DNA of 40,797 nt from Candidatus Poribacteria bacterium (lineage in GTDB: Bacteria > Poribacteria > WGA-4E > UBA9662), in NCBI GenBank assembly GCA_046582655.1, contig JAYGDX010000257.1:1-40797 (forward strand), read 5' to 3'. Shown here piece by piece: positions 28,154 to 37,419 of the stretch. Made by a program: the position numbers and the translations under genes. How positions within the stretch are numbered: the first letter of the stretch is position 1; every line of letters begins with the position of its first letter. Below the pieces are notes generated by a model, which worked only from the letters and a program-made list of their open reading frames with translations, was not told where the DNA came from and made no database searches.

Positions 28154-28819
28154 ATGAAAACCGAACTAAAAAGTATCAGCCTGAGGTTTGAAGAAAACCC
28201 ACCATTATTTAAGAACATCAACTTGACGGTAGAACATGGTGATTTCATCTTAATCCGAGGCAAGTCAGGTATTGGAAAGTCGAGTTTTTTACGGCTGCTG
28301 AATCGGCTTCACGAACCGACTGAAGGACAGATCTGGATTGATGACAAACCGATTACTGACCACCAAATTACAAGCTTACGCTGTCGAATCGGTTACCTTC
28401 AACAGACACCAACCATGATTGAGGGCTCAATTGAAGACAATCTTAATTTACCGTTCCATTTCAAATCCGGTCGTCAACTGGAACGGCCATCACGGCAAAA
28501 TTTTGAACATATGCTACGAAACTTTTTGCTTAAAAACATAGATCTCCAAAATGATGCACAAAACCTCTCCGTAGGTGAGAAACAGCGAATTGCTCTAATT
28601 CGAACATTCCTTTCCGAACCGGAAATCATACTCTGCGATGAACCAACGTCTGCCTTAGATTCAGAGTCGAAGCAAATCGTGGAAGATGCTATTGAGCAAA
28701 TCAATGTAGAGAAAAAAACAACTGTCTTTTTGGTCACACATCTTGATTTTATACCCAAAAGAGCAGTTGTGAGAAAATTCACACTAAGTCAAGATGGCAT
28801 AATTGAGGTAGGGAAATGA
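28154..28819 (+). CDS. ABC ATP-binding protein, FetA/YbbL-like
   Basis: GKSGIGKS, LSVGEKQRI and LCDEPTSALD. Translationally coupled to a FetB-like permease. Confidence 0.88.
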   Translation: MKTELKSISLRFEENPPLFKNINLTVEHGDFILIRGKSGIGKSSFLRLLNRLHEPTEGQIWIDDKPITDHQITSLRCRIGYLQQTPTMIEGSIEDNLNLPFHFKSGRQLERPSRQNFEHMLRNFLLKNIDLQNDAQNLSVGEKQRIALIRTFLSEPEIILCDEPTSALDSESKQIVEDAIEQINVEKKTTVFLVTHLDFIPKRAVVRKFTLSQDGIIEVGK

Positions 28820-29592
28820 GTGAAGTCATCGAAATCACACCAGTAAAACTTGCCTTGTGTCTCATTTTTATCCTTATTTCTGGACTAGCATCGCTAGCAC
28901 TAAAACTCAAGTTGGAAAGGGATTTGGCTTGGGGAACTGTTCGGACCTTTGCTCAACTCTTTCTGGTTGGTTATGTACTGCAATATATTTTCAAAATTGA
29001 GAATTTTGTCCTGACTTCAGTCTTGTATATATCGATGATTTTCTGGGCAACCCACGCAATCCAATCCCGCACCAAGGAAGATTCTGTCAGTATTTTTTCA
29101 CCTATATTCATTTCCATGATCATCAGCTATACTATCATCACAGTGCTGGTTACTGCTGTTATCATTCAGGTCAAGCCATGGTACAAACCACAATACTTTA
29201 TTCCTATAGGTGGCATGATTATTGGCAACTCAATGACAGCGATCGCAATTTCGCTGGATCGCCTTTTTTCAGACATTAAAAATCAGCGGGATCAAATTGA
29301 GCTTTTCCTCAGCTTGGGTGCTACATATCAAGAGGCAACTGTCAAAATTTTTCGCGATGCAATTCAGGCGGGAATGATCCCTTCAATCAACGCCATGATG
29401 ACAGTTGGATTGGTAAAATTACCGGGCATGATGACAGGCCAGATTCTCGGAGGAGTTAACCCATTAGTGGCAGTTAAATATCAGATTATCGTGATGCTGA
29501 CGCTGGTCGCATCAACCGTCATTGGCAATGTAATCGTTGTCTACATTGTGCGTAAGTTATGTTTCACTCAAGCTCATCAGATTGCCATCTAA
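28816..29592 (+). CDS. fetB: FetB/YbbM (UPF0014) ABC permease
   Basis: RTFAQLFLVGYVL, PQYFIPIGGMIIGNSM, LSLGAT and GLVKLPGMMTGQILGG. Confidence 0.9.
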   Translation: MSEVIEITPVKLALCLIFILISGLASLALKLKLERDLAWGTVRTFAQLFLVGYVLQYIFKIENFVLTSVLYISMIFWATHAIQSRTKEDSVSIFSPIFISMIISYTIITVLVTAVIIQVKPWYKPQYFIPIGGMIIGNSMTAIAISLDRLFSDIKNQRDQIELFLSLGATYQEATVKIFRDAIQAGMIPSINAMMTVGLVKLPGMMTGQILGGVNPLVAVKYQIIVMLTLVASTVIGNVIVVYIVRKLCFTQAHQIAI

Positions 29593-30323
29593 GCAGATGG
29601 AAATAAGATTTTGTACACTATTACCATAATGCCGACATCCACAATCAGATGGCTTAACCAAATTGCCCAGAAATTTGAGAACTTTTGATAAAGCCCTGCC
29701 CAAATTAGGCCCCCAGCAAAGACCCCCAGATTAAATAGAACAACCATCGACAAATCTGGAATATAAACAGAGAGAACAACGATATGATGCAGTGTAAAGC
29801 TAATCGCTGACAGGACAATTGCCAGAGGAACCCACATCAACTGCCGAAACTTACCGAATATAAACCATCGCCAGTAGTATTCTTCCATTCCTGAATTCCC
29901 CACACATAAAAAGGTAGCAAACCAAAAGAAGTGATCCCGCAATCCATAGACAGATGCTTTTTCATAGAGGCCATCAATTTTAAGGTGTTTTGCCAGAACA
30001 AATTCATAGAGGAAAACCAATGAACTGGCTACCAGAATACCAGACAGCAAACCTACTAAACAAGCGGCTGGTTGGAACGGTGGCAATCTGGGTTTCTGAC
30101 GATCAAGACCAAAGAACCAAATTAATGGGATAGCATTTACGAGCAACTTTAGTCCGAAATAAGCGGTACGTGCGACCACCAGATTATCAATGATTACGGC
30201 ATAGAACAGAGCCGCAATCGCATGACCAAAGAATGCAAAAGCTAATATCACAAAGTGGATTCGAGAAAACTTATTGGTTTCTTGCACGATATTGGGGGTG
30301 AATTCTTGTATAGTTTCAGTCAA
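29589..30323 (-). CDS. CPBP (Abi / type II CAAX protease) intramembrane glutamic endopeptidase
   Basis: EExxxR motif (MEEYYWR), FTLHH and HLIVD. Multiple TM helices. Confidence 0.9.
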   Translation of the reverse strand: MTETIQEFTPNIVQETNKFSRIHFVILAFAFFGHAIAALFYAVIIDNLVVARTAYFGLKLLVNAIPLIWFFGLDRQKPRLPPFQPAACLVGLLSGILVASSLVFLYEFVLAKHLKIDGLYEKASVYGLRDHFFWFATFLCVGNSGMEEYYWRWFIFGKFRQLMWVPLAIVLSAISFTLHHIVVLSVYIPDLSMVVLFNLGVFAGGLIWAGLYQKFSNFWAIWLSHLIVDVGIMVIVYKILFPSA

Positions 30324-30340
30324 AACTCATCCTGCATAAC

Positions 30341-31261
30341 CTAAACTTTTTGTTTGCTAATTTCCAGCAGAGTTAACGTTAGCAACAATAGAGGTAATAT
30401 TATGAGTGCCGATTGCCAAAAAGTAAGTTTAACTCCAATCAAACAAGGAAAAAACACAATCGCACCAACCATGGAGCCTTTGAGTGCCAAATACCCATTT
30501 TTTTCGTTCGGATCAATGTACAGCGGTATTCTGGCAACGATAGTGGCAACCGATGCCAATATTACCCAAGATATATAATGCCAGCTTACACTTTCCGTCC
30601 AATACGGCAAAACCACAACACCAAAGGAAAAGAATGTCGCTACTGCTGATAAGACCAGTGCGGGCCACACACCTAATTGCAGAGGGGTCGATAGAACACC
30701 GACCCGACGATCTAGCTCAATATCTTTGAAAGTCGTAATGATATGAGTACCAAAATCATAAAGCGCTGTTGCGGCAAAAGCGTACCAAACTAACCGTGGC
30801 ACCTGACCACTCACAGCAACAGCCCCAAACACACTCAGTGTCCCAATTCCTATTGGGAGACTAATGCTACCCCACACACCGTATCGGCTTAAAATCGCAT
30901 TATAAAGGTGTGAAATCATCACCAAAAAGATCACTAATAATCCAGCTTTATAGTTAAGCATGAAGCCGAAAACAACGCAGAGAATATATATCGTACTGGC
31001 AGAAACAAGTACCTGCCGAGAAGAAAGATCTTTTGAAGGAATCGGTCGATGTGGATTGACAATCTCGTCTCGATCCTGATGGAAGTAGTCATTTTTCATC
31101 ATGCCAGCGAAGTAACCGAGTAATGCGGTAATAAGAGCCAATCCAACACGCCATGATAGTTGACCTGATGAAGCGATCAAAGCACCAGGTAACGTGGCTA
31201 CAATCGGAATCGCGAAGAGGGGATAACGGATTATTCTAAGATACGATCTAATTACGTTCAT
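30341..31261 (-). CDS. UbiA-family prenyltransferase (DGGGP synthase / chlorophyll synthase-like)
   Basis: NDYFHQDRDEIVNPHRPIPS and KDIELDRRVGVLSTPLQLG motifs, with about 9 TM helices. The likely ATG is at 31261. Confidence 0.85.
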   Translation of the reverse strand: MNVIRSYLRIIRYPLFAIPIVATLPGALIASSGQLSWRVGLALITALLGYFAGMMKNDYFHQDRDEIVNPHRPIPSKDLSSRQVLVSASTIYILCVVFGFMLNYKAGLLVIFLVMISHLYNAILSRYGVWGSISLPIGIGTLSVFGAVAVSGQVPRLVWYAFAATALYDFGTHIITTFKDIELDRRVGVLSTPLQLGVWPALVLSAVATFFSFGVVVLPYWTESVSWHYISWVILASVATIVARIPLYIDPNEKNGYLALKGSMVGAIVFFPCLIGVKLTFWQSALIILPLLLLTLTLLEISKQKV

Positions 31262-31495
31262 ATGTCGAAAACCAGCAGATTCGATACCAACGTTCAATAA
31301 TGATAGGTTTTTATTCAGGTTGCCCTGATCTGTTCAGTTTGACTGGTATCAGATTGGCTAATCGGTGCAGTCCCATGTACTATTGTAGATTCCAGTTCAT
31401 TTGTGCATATTTATGTACAAACAACTATTTATAACCGAAAATGAGAAAATATTCAAGATTGCTATCCTCTCATTTTTTGGGGTTGAACATCAGCT

Positions 31496-31524
31496 TTGAA
31501 TTTATTAATGGATTCAACTATAAT
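31496..31524 (+). promoter_or_regulatory. Sigma70 promoter for the AMIN-FGE gene
   Basis: TTGAAT, 17 nt spacer, TATAAT. Confidence 0.65.
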
Positions 31525-31567
31525 TAGGTTATAGAGATTCTGATTTTCTTTTGGCCGTGAAGTAAGG

Positions 31568-32993
31568 ATGAAAATACAAGTTATACAAATAATTTCATAT
31601 GGTATCTTGCTAATAACAGTTGATGTTTTGGCCTTAATTGATCATGCACAGTTAACTGCTATGCGATTTCACTATCATTACGAAGAAAAGAAAACTCGCC
31701 TTGTACTCGAATTCAGCGAAAAAGTTAATTACATAGAAAAAAAAGGTCCTAATCAAGTTACGTTACAAATTTTTGACTTGGTAATTTCACCCCAGATTGA
31801 ACCAAGTATCCAAATTAATACCTTCAATCCAATTTTAAAAAAAAAACATGAATTTTCTCGAATTACCCGATAATCGGTTTATATTCACGTTTCCCTTACG
31901 TGTCCCAACTGAGTCGAAAATTTTTGTAATGACCAATCCAGACAGAATCGTAATTGACTTATTTCAAAGGCAAGATTTTAAATCCCAAATTCAGGTGAAG
32001 AAAAGATTAGAGACTTTCAAAACAGGCTGGGTAAAGACAAAAAATATCAGGATGCCAGAAGAATCCTTTTCCACAAAAAAGAAAATCCAAAAGCAAACCA
32101 CTCCACTGAATACTATTAACACACTGGAGCAAGGGAAATTTAAGAACGTTGCCCTAGTTATTAACAAGATGGATAAAACTACCCCAGCGCCCCCCCTCCA
32201 GATCCTAAGTGAAAAGTACTTGGATGAACAAAATTCAAAACACATTCCAATTGATTACGGAAACAACACAGTTACAATAGGGGGAAGATTTGAAAGCGTT
32301 GCTTTAATTATAAACAAAGTCGTCAAAATTCCCTCCGGAAAATTACAAATAAGAACCCATAACGGCATGCAAAACGAAGTGCCTACACACACAATACACA
32401 TCAATACATTCTACATAGATAAATACGAAGTAACAGTTGGTCAATATAAGAGATTTATCCAAGCAACTCATTATCCTGAACCAAACTGGGATGAAATTAA
32501 AGAATATGCTCCCGCTGATAATAATTCCATAGTTCACATCAGTTGGTATGATGCTATGGCATATACAAAATGGACAGGAAAACGTTTACCAACAGAAAAC
32601 GAATGGGAGTATGCTGCCCGTGGAGGTATTTTGGGAAAGAAAGAAGATCTTAGAAACGAGGGAGAAACAGGAGATGATATAGCCAATATCAGCAAGTTAC
32701 CCAAAACGAAGCCGGTTGGAGTATCTTATACCAATGGCTATGGGCTACATGATATGTCAGGAAACATGAGAGAGTGGTGTTTGGATTCTTACGATGAAAA
32801 TCATAACAGAAGGTCTCTACAGGTTAAGCTTCAAAGTAAAGACAGTAGAACCTTCCGAGTTGTACGTGAAGGCCCATCATGGATTGATCAAGTACATGGG
32901 TCACAACCGTATCGAAGCTTCTATTTACCCAGCCATCATGGGAACGATATAGGCTTTCGTTGCGCGACAGATATTCCACCATCTGCAAGATGA
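31568..32993 (+). CDS. Secreted AMIN-like plus FGE-sulfatase (SUMF1-type) domain protein, split by a +1 frameshift in an A10 tract
   Basis: ORF1 has a signal peptide and KTRLVLEFS. ORF2 continues with the AMIN motif IFVMTNPDRIVIDL, then FYIDKYEVT, KRLPTENEWEYAARGG, NGYGLHDMSGN and IGFRCA. A9 instead of A10 at 31837-31846 would join them into 474 aa. Confidence 0.78.
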
Positions 32994-33075
32994 TCCTGAC
33001 ACCGAAATTGCTTGCTGGCGTTGGAAGTCCAATCTTCACATATAGCTAGCATCAATTGTTTCCACTTAATTTCTG

Positions 33076-33909
33076 TTGCATATATTGGGAGGATGGATAA
33101 TTAAACCAAAAACTGATTTTCAAGTAGATGTTACACCCAACCAAGTGGCCTTCTTCAACGATAACGGTTATCTAAGCATTGATCGTATTACAACGGATGA
33201 AGAAATCGAGTGGCTGAAACAGATATACAACAAACTGTTTCGGGAAAGAGCGGGTGAAGAACAAGGCCAGTACTTTGATCTAGGAGGTCCGAGAGCGCAT
33301 ACTGGTCGTGAGGTACTTCCACAGGTACTTGGCCCTGAAAGTCAGTTTCCGGAATTACGTGAAACCATATTTTTTAAAAATGCTCACGCATTAGCGGCAA
33401 AGTTACTTAAAGTTGATAAAGACAACGTCAACGGTGGTGGACATATGATCTTGAAACCAGCCAAATTTGGTGCAGAAACACCTTGGCATCAGGACGAAGC
33501 ATATTGGAATCCATCAGAACTTCCACATAGACTCAGTGTCTGGATGCCGCTTGACCCATCCACTTCTAAAAGTGGATGTATGCAATTTATTCCTAAATCC
33601 CATAAAGGCAAAGTTCGCTTTCATCATCACATTAATAATGACCCACTGGTTCATGGTTTGGTAACAAATGATCTAGATCCTTCTCAAGCAGTAGCCTGTC
33701 CCATTCCAGCAGCCGGCGCCACATTTCACCACTGTCGTACACTCCATTATGCAGGTCCCAACACCACGATTGGGATTCGTCGTGCCTATATCCTTGTACT
33801 AGGATCACCTGGTAAGCGTCTGGAAAAACCTCCACTACGCCCTTGGATTAATGAGGAGCAGGAAGCACTAGCAAAACTAAAGTCACTGGCCAAACCAAGG
33901 AACGCATAA
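33076..33909 (+). CDS. Phytanoyl-CoA dioxygenase (PhyH) family Fe(II)/2-oxoglutarate oxygenase
   Basis: FFNDNGYL, TPWHQD (HxD), SVWMPLD, GCMQFIPKSH and HHCRTLHYAGPN...RRA. The start codon is uncertain. Confidence 0.92.
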   Translation: MHILGGWIIKPKTDFQVDVTPNQVAFFNDNGYLSIDRITTDEEIEWLKQIYNKLFRERAGEEQGQYFDLGGPRAHTGREVLPQVLGPESQFPELRETIFFKNAHALAAKLLKVDKDNVNGGGHMILKPAKFGAETPWHQDEAYWNPSELPHRLSVWMPLDPSTSKSGCMQFIPKSHKGKVRFHHHINNDPLVHGLVTNDLDPSQAVACPIPAAGATFHHCRTLHYAGPNTTIGIRRAYILVLGSPGKRLEKPPLRPWINEEQEALAKLKSLAKPRNA

Positions 33910-33910
33910 G

Positions 33911-34573
33911 ATGAAACGCATTCTGGAACCAGAAGTCATGGATACGATTGAGGAAGCCAAGGCATACGATACCATGGACTTCCTTGAGGTAAATACAGCA
34001 TTTGTCGATCGGCTTATAGATCTTGGTGTTGCTGACGGACACTTTCTCGACCTTGGAACCGGAACAGCGCGAATCCCAATTATTTTAGCGAAACGTGTCC
34101 CTAACGTCCAAATTACCGCTATAGACCTATCATCCAATATGCTCAATATCGGGCAGGGACATGTTGACATTGCTGAGTTAACCGATCGAATTTCACTGGA
34201 GAAAGTGGACGCCAAGAACTTACCATATACAGATCAATCATTTGATGGAGTATTCTCGAACAGCATTATCCACCATATTCCTGATCCGTCTTTGGTCATG
34301 TTGGAAATTAAACGTGTTCTGAAACCAAGAGGTCTGCTATATATCCAAGACCTACTCCGATTGGAAAGCACCGCTGCAGTAGAAAAAATCGTTGATACAT
34401 ACGCTAGAGAAGACACTCAATATCAACGCAAATTGTTTCGTGACTCCTTGTTTGCCGCACTCACTATTGACGAAACCAAGACAATAATCGAAAAAACGGG
34501 ACTGACTAACGCAAAAGTTTTTCAGACTTCCGATCGGCACTGGTCAATTGAACGAGGTTTTCAAAATTTATAA
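33911..34573 (+). CDS. Class I SAM-dependent methyltransferase
   Basis: RILEPEVMD, LDLGTGTA, AIDLSSNML, DAKNLPY and NSIIHHIPDP. Confidence 0.92.
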   Translation: MKRILEPEVMDTIEEAKAYDTMDFLEVNTAFVDRLIDLGVADGHFLDLGTGTARIPIILAKRVPNVQITAIDLSSNMLNIGQGHVDIAELTDRISLEKVDAKNLPYTDQSFDGVFSNSIIHHIPDPSLVMLEIKRVLKPRGLLYIQDLLRLESTAAVEKIVDTYAREDTQYQRKLFRDSLFAALTIDETKTIIEKTGLTNAKVFQTSDRHWSIERGFQNL

Positions 34574-34601
34574 ATTTCCTAGTACCTAGAAAGGAATATT
34601 C

Positions 34602-35351
34602 ATGTATAAACTTGTTCTCCTGAGACATGGTGAAAGCCTTTGGAATAAAACAAACCGTTTCACTGGTTGGGTCGATGTGGAACTATCCGAAAAAGGTGTA
34701 AAAGAGGCGATAGCAGCAGGCAATATCCTTAAAGAAGAAGGCTATAATTTCGATATTGCCTACACTTCTTTATTAAAACGGGCAATTAAAACATTATGGC
34801 TAGCACTTGAACAGATGGATCTCATGTGGATCCCAGTGGTTAATTCATGGTGTTTGAACGAACGACATTATGGTGCACTACAAGGATTAAATAAAGCTGA
34901 AACCGCGGCTAAACATAGTGAAGATCAAGTACTAATTTGGCGACGGAGTTATAGCACACCGCCACCTGCACTAACAGAGGATAGCAAATACTATCCTGGT
35001 AGCGATCTACGTTACGTTGATCTGGACAAATCCGAACTTCCTTTAACAGAATGTCTCGAAGACACTTGCAACCGGTTTTTGCCATACTGGAATGAAAAAA
35101 TTGTGCCTACAATTAGGTCCGGTAAGGATGTACTCATTACGGCACACGGAAACAGTTTACGCGCGTTGATTAAAGATTTGGAGTCCTTGTCTGAGGATCA
35201 GATACTTCAAGTTAACATTCCAACCGGACTTCCCCTCGTTTACCAACTGGATGCGAATTTAAAGCCAATCAATAAATTTTATCTAGGAAACGAGGAAGAA
35301 GTTAAAAAAGCCATGGAAGCAGTTGCCAATCAAGGAAAACCAAAAAAGTGA
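34602..35351 (+). CDS. gpmA: 2,3-bisphosphoglycerate-dependent phosphoglycerate mutase
   Basis: [39 protein letters not shown] and NIPTG. Confidence 0.98.
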   Translation: MYKLVLLRHGESLWNKTNRFTGWVDVELSEKGVKEAIAAGNILKEEGYNFDIAYTSLLKRAIKTLWLALEQMDLMWIPVVNSWCLNERHYGALQGLNKAETAAKHSEDQVLIWRRSYSTPPPALTEDSKYYPGSDLRYVDLDKSELPLTECLEDTCNRFLPYWNEKIVPTIRSGKDVLITAHGNSLRALIKDLESLSEDQILQVNIPTGLPLVYQLDANLKPINKFYLGNEEEVKKAMEAVANQGKPKK

Positions 35352-35424
35352 TTAACAAGATTCTATCACATTTGAGGTACTAAAAAATTAGGGTCTTGAT
35401 ATGGCTCCCAAAGGAGTTATGAAA

Positions 35425-36336
35425 ATGAAAAGGCTTTTCACGAGCTTATTAGTTATCTTAATACTAATCGCAAATTTAGGTTTGGCTTGGTGGCCAAACG
35501 GACACGTAATTCTATCAAAGGCATCAGTCTATTCACTCCTCGAGTCAGATATGCCCGAGTTTTTCCGAACCGGAGAAGCAATGATCGCACATTGTTCGGT
35601 AGATCCACAGATTCTAAGGAGTGGACCTCTACACCTCCGAAGCACTGAACGACCCGAACACTACTGCGACTATGAACTTCTGCGAGGAAACAAGCTGCCA
35701 GAAACACGTTACGAATACATTCAGTTATGTAACCAACTCAACGTAAGACCAGAGAAAGTCGGTTTTTTGATCTATACCGTAGCAGAATGGACAGAGCGAC
35801 TCGCAGTTGCTTTTACAGAGCATCGAAGCTATCCAAACAACCCCCATATTCAGCAGAAATGCTTAGTTTACGCTGGGATTCTCTCTCACTATGCTCAGGA
35901 TATGTCGCAACCATTGCACCTGACAATTCATTACAATGGCCGTGTTGACAAAAACGGATCTGTCACATCCAATAAGGGAATTCACTACAAAGTTGACGCC
36001 ATTATAGAAAATTTAGACTTAAACCCAAAAAAACTGGCAGCAGATCTAGAAATCCAACCATTTGACAATTTGATGTCCAGTATTATAACGATGTCCCATG
36101 CTAGATATAGGGAAGTAGATCGGGTATATCAACTGGCAGATCAATTTCCACCTGAAAAAGAGAAACATCCGTCTCTGGAACCGGAGGTCACTAATTTTGT
36201 ACATCATCTTGCCACATTGGCCACGCAATTCACGGCTCAACTCTATGTAACCGCATGGAAAACATCACAAGATCTAAAATTTCCCGAGTGGTATGGCACC
36301 GATTTTACCCGTGAAGAATCTAGAGAACTAAAATGA
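35425..36336 (+). CDS. Secreted S1/P1 nuclease / zinc phospholipase C-like protein
   Basis: A signal peptide is followed by mature W-W-P-N-G-H (W1/H6 zinc ligands), then SVDP, HYAQDMSQPLH and IHYKVD. The ATG at 35425 follows AAGGGAG. Confidence 0.8.
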   Translation: MKRLFTSLLVILILIANLGLAWWPNGHVILSKASVYSLLESDMPEFFRTGEAMIAHCSVDPQILRSGPLHLRSTERPEHYCDYELLRGNKLPETRYEYIQLCNQLNVRPEKVGFLIYTVAEWTERLAVAFTEHRSYPNNPHIQQKCLVYAGILSHYAQDMSQPLHLTIHYNGRVDKNGSVTSNKGIHYKVDAIIENLDLNPKKLAADLEIQPFDNLMSSIITMSHARYREVDRVYQLADQFPPEKEKHPSLEPEVTNFVHHLATLATQFTAQLYVTAWKTSQDLKFPEWYGTDFTREESRELK

Positions 36337-37337
36337 GCGTCAAAAGATACACAGTAGATCAAGTTAATGTCGATGGATTCGAGGTGTTCATATTACAAGA
36401 TACCAAGGAGCAAACTGCGGCAAAGATTATACCGAAACTGGGCAATAATTGTTATAGCTTCACTCAAACCGTTGGAAAAGAATCAATCGATATTATCGAG
36501 CCTCCGCCAGATCTAAAGACACTGGCACAGCGACCATCTAGCTATGGGAATCCTGTATTATTCCCATTTCCAAACCGGATACGCCAAGGAAAATTTTCGT
36601 TTGAAGATAAGTCATATACCTTTGACAAACCTTCAGATTCCCCTAATTCGATTCATGGATTGGTCATTGATCAACCGTTCTATGTTGAGTCTGCAAGTAC
36701 AGATGATGGAGCTATTATCGTCTGTAGTCTTAATTCAGCAGATTATCCGCATATCGAAAGACAGTTTCCGTTTGCATTTCAACTTAAAATCACTTACGCA
36801 CTAAAGTCAGCTAACTTAACCATGGTAGCCGAAGTATCTAATCTCGGTGGCCAAAATATGCCAATGGGATATGGTATCCATCCTTATTTTTCGATACCAT
36901 TTTCCAGAGAATCATCACCAGAAAACTGCTACATTTTTTTGCCTGCCTCAAAATATTGGGAACTTAATCAGTTTCTACCAACTGGTAAGATCTATGATGT
37001 CAATGACACCTTTGATCTTCGTACAGGTAAGTCCTTTTCAGGAATGAAATTTGACGATGTATTCACCGATTTGACCTTAGCAGACGGTGTTAGTCGCTGC
37101 ATGGTTGATGATCGAGATGTCGGTATTAGGATGGTTCTGGAAGCAGATGAACAGTTTCGGGAATTAGTCGTTTACACTCCACCGAATCGCGCATCTATTT
37201 GTTTTGAGCCCTACACATGCCCGACTGACGCCGTCAATCTTCAAGCACAAGGAATTGATGCTGGTCTCATTGTTCTTAAACCTGGTCAAATTTTCAGCAG
37301 CCAAATCCGCATTTATATGCTGGTCCAAAATAGCTGA
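36333..37337 (+). CDS. Aldose 1-epimerase (galactose mutarotase-like)
   Basis: LFPFPNRI, IHGLV, GIHPYF, FDDVF and ICFEPYT. Confidence 0.92.
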   Translation: MSVKRYTVDQVNVDGFEVFILQDTKEQTAAKIIPKLGNNCYSFTQTVGKESIDIIEPPPDLKTLAQRPSSYGNPVLFPFPNRIRQGKFSFEDKSYTFDKPSDSPNSIHGLVIDQPFYVESASTDDGAIIVCSLNSADYPHIERQFPFAFQLKITYALKSANLTMVAEVSNLGGQNMPMGYGIHPYFSIPFSRESSPENCYIFLPASKYWELNQFLPTGKIYDVNDTFDLRTGKSFSGMKFDDVFTDLTLADGVSRCMVDDRDVGIRMVLEADEQFRELVVYTPPNRASICFEPYTCPTDAVNLQAQGIDAGLIVLKPGQIFSSQIRIYMLVQNS

Positions 37338-37419
37338 GGATATATTTTACTAATACAGTCTTTAAACTTGTCACCCTACCATACACATTCCAACATTATA
37401 TATTTTAAGGCAAAAACCA

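Noticed and set aside
29589..29592. 4-bp convergent stop-codon overlap of fetB and the CPBP gene
   Set aside because: This is common in compact genomes and there is no further evidence of regulation.
32860..32993. DGR variable region at the end of the FGE/C-type lectin domain
   Set aside because: No template repeat or reverse transcriptase is in the window.
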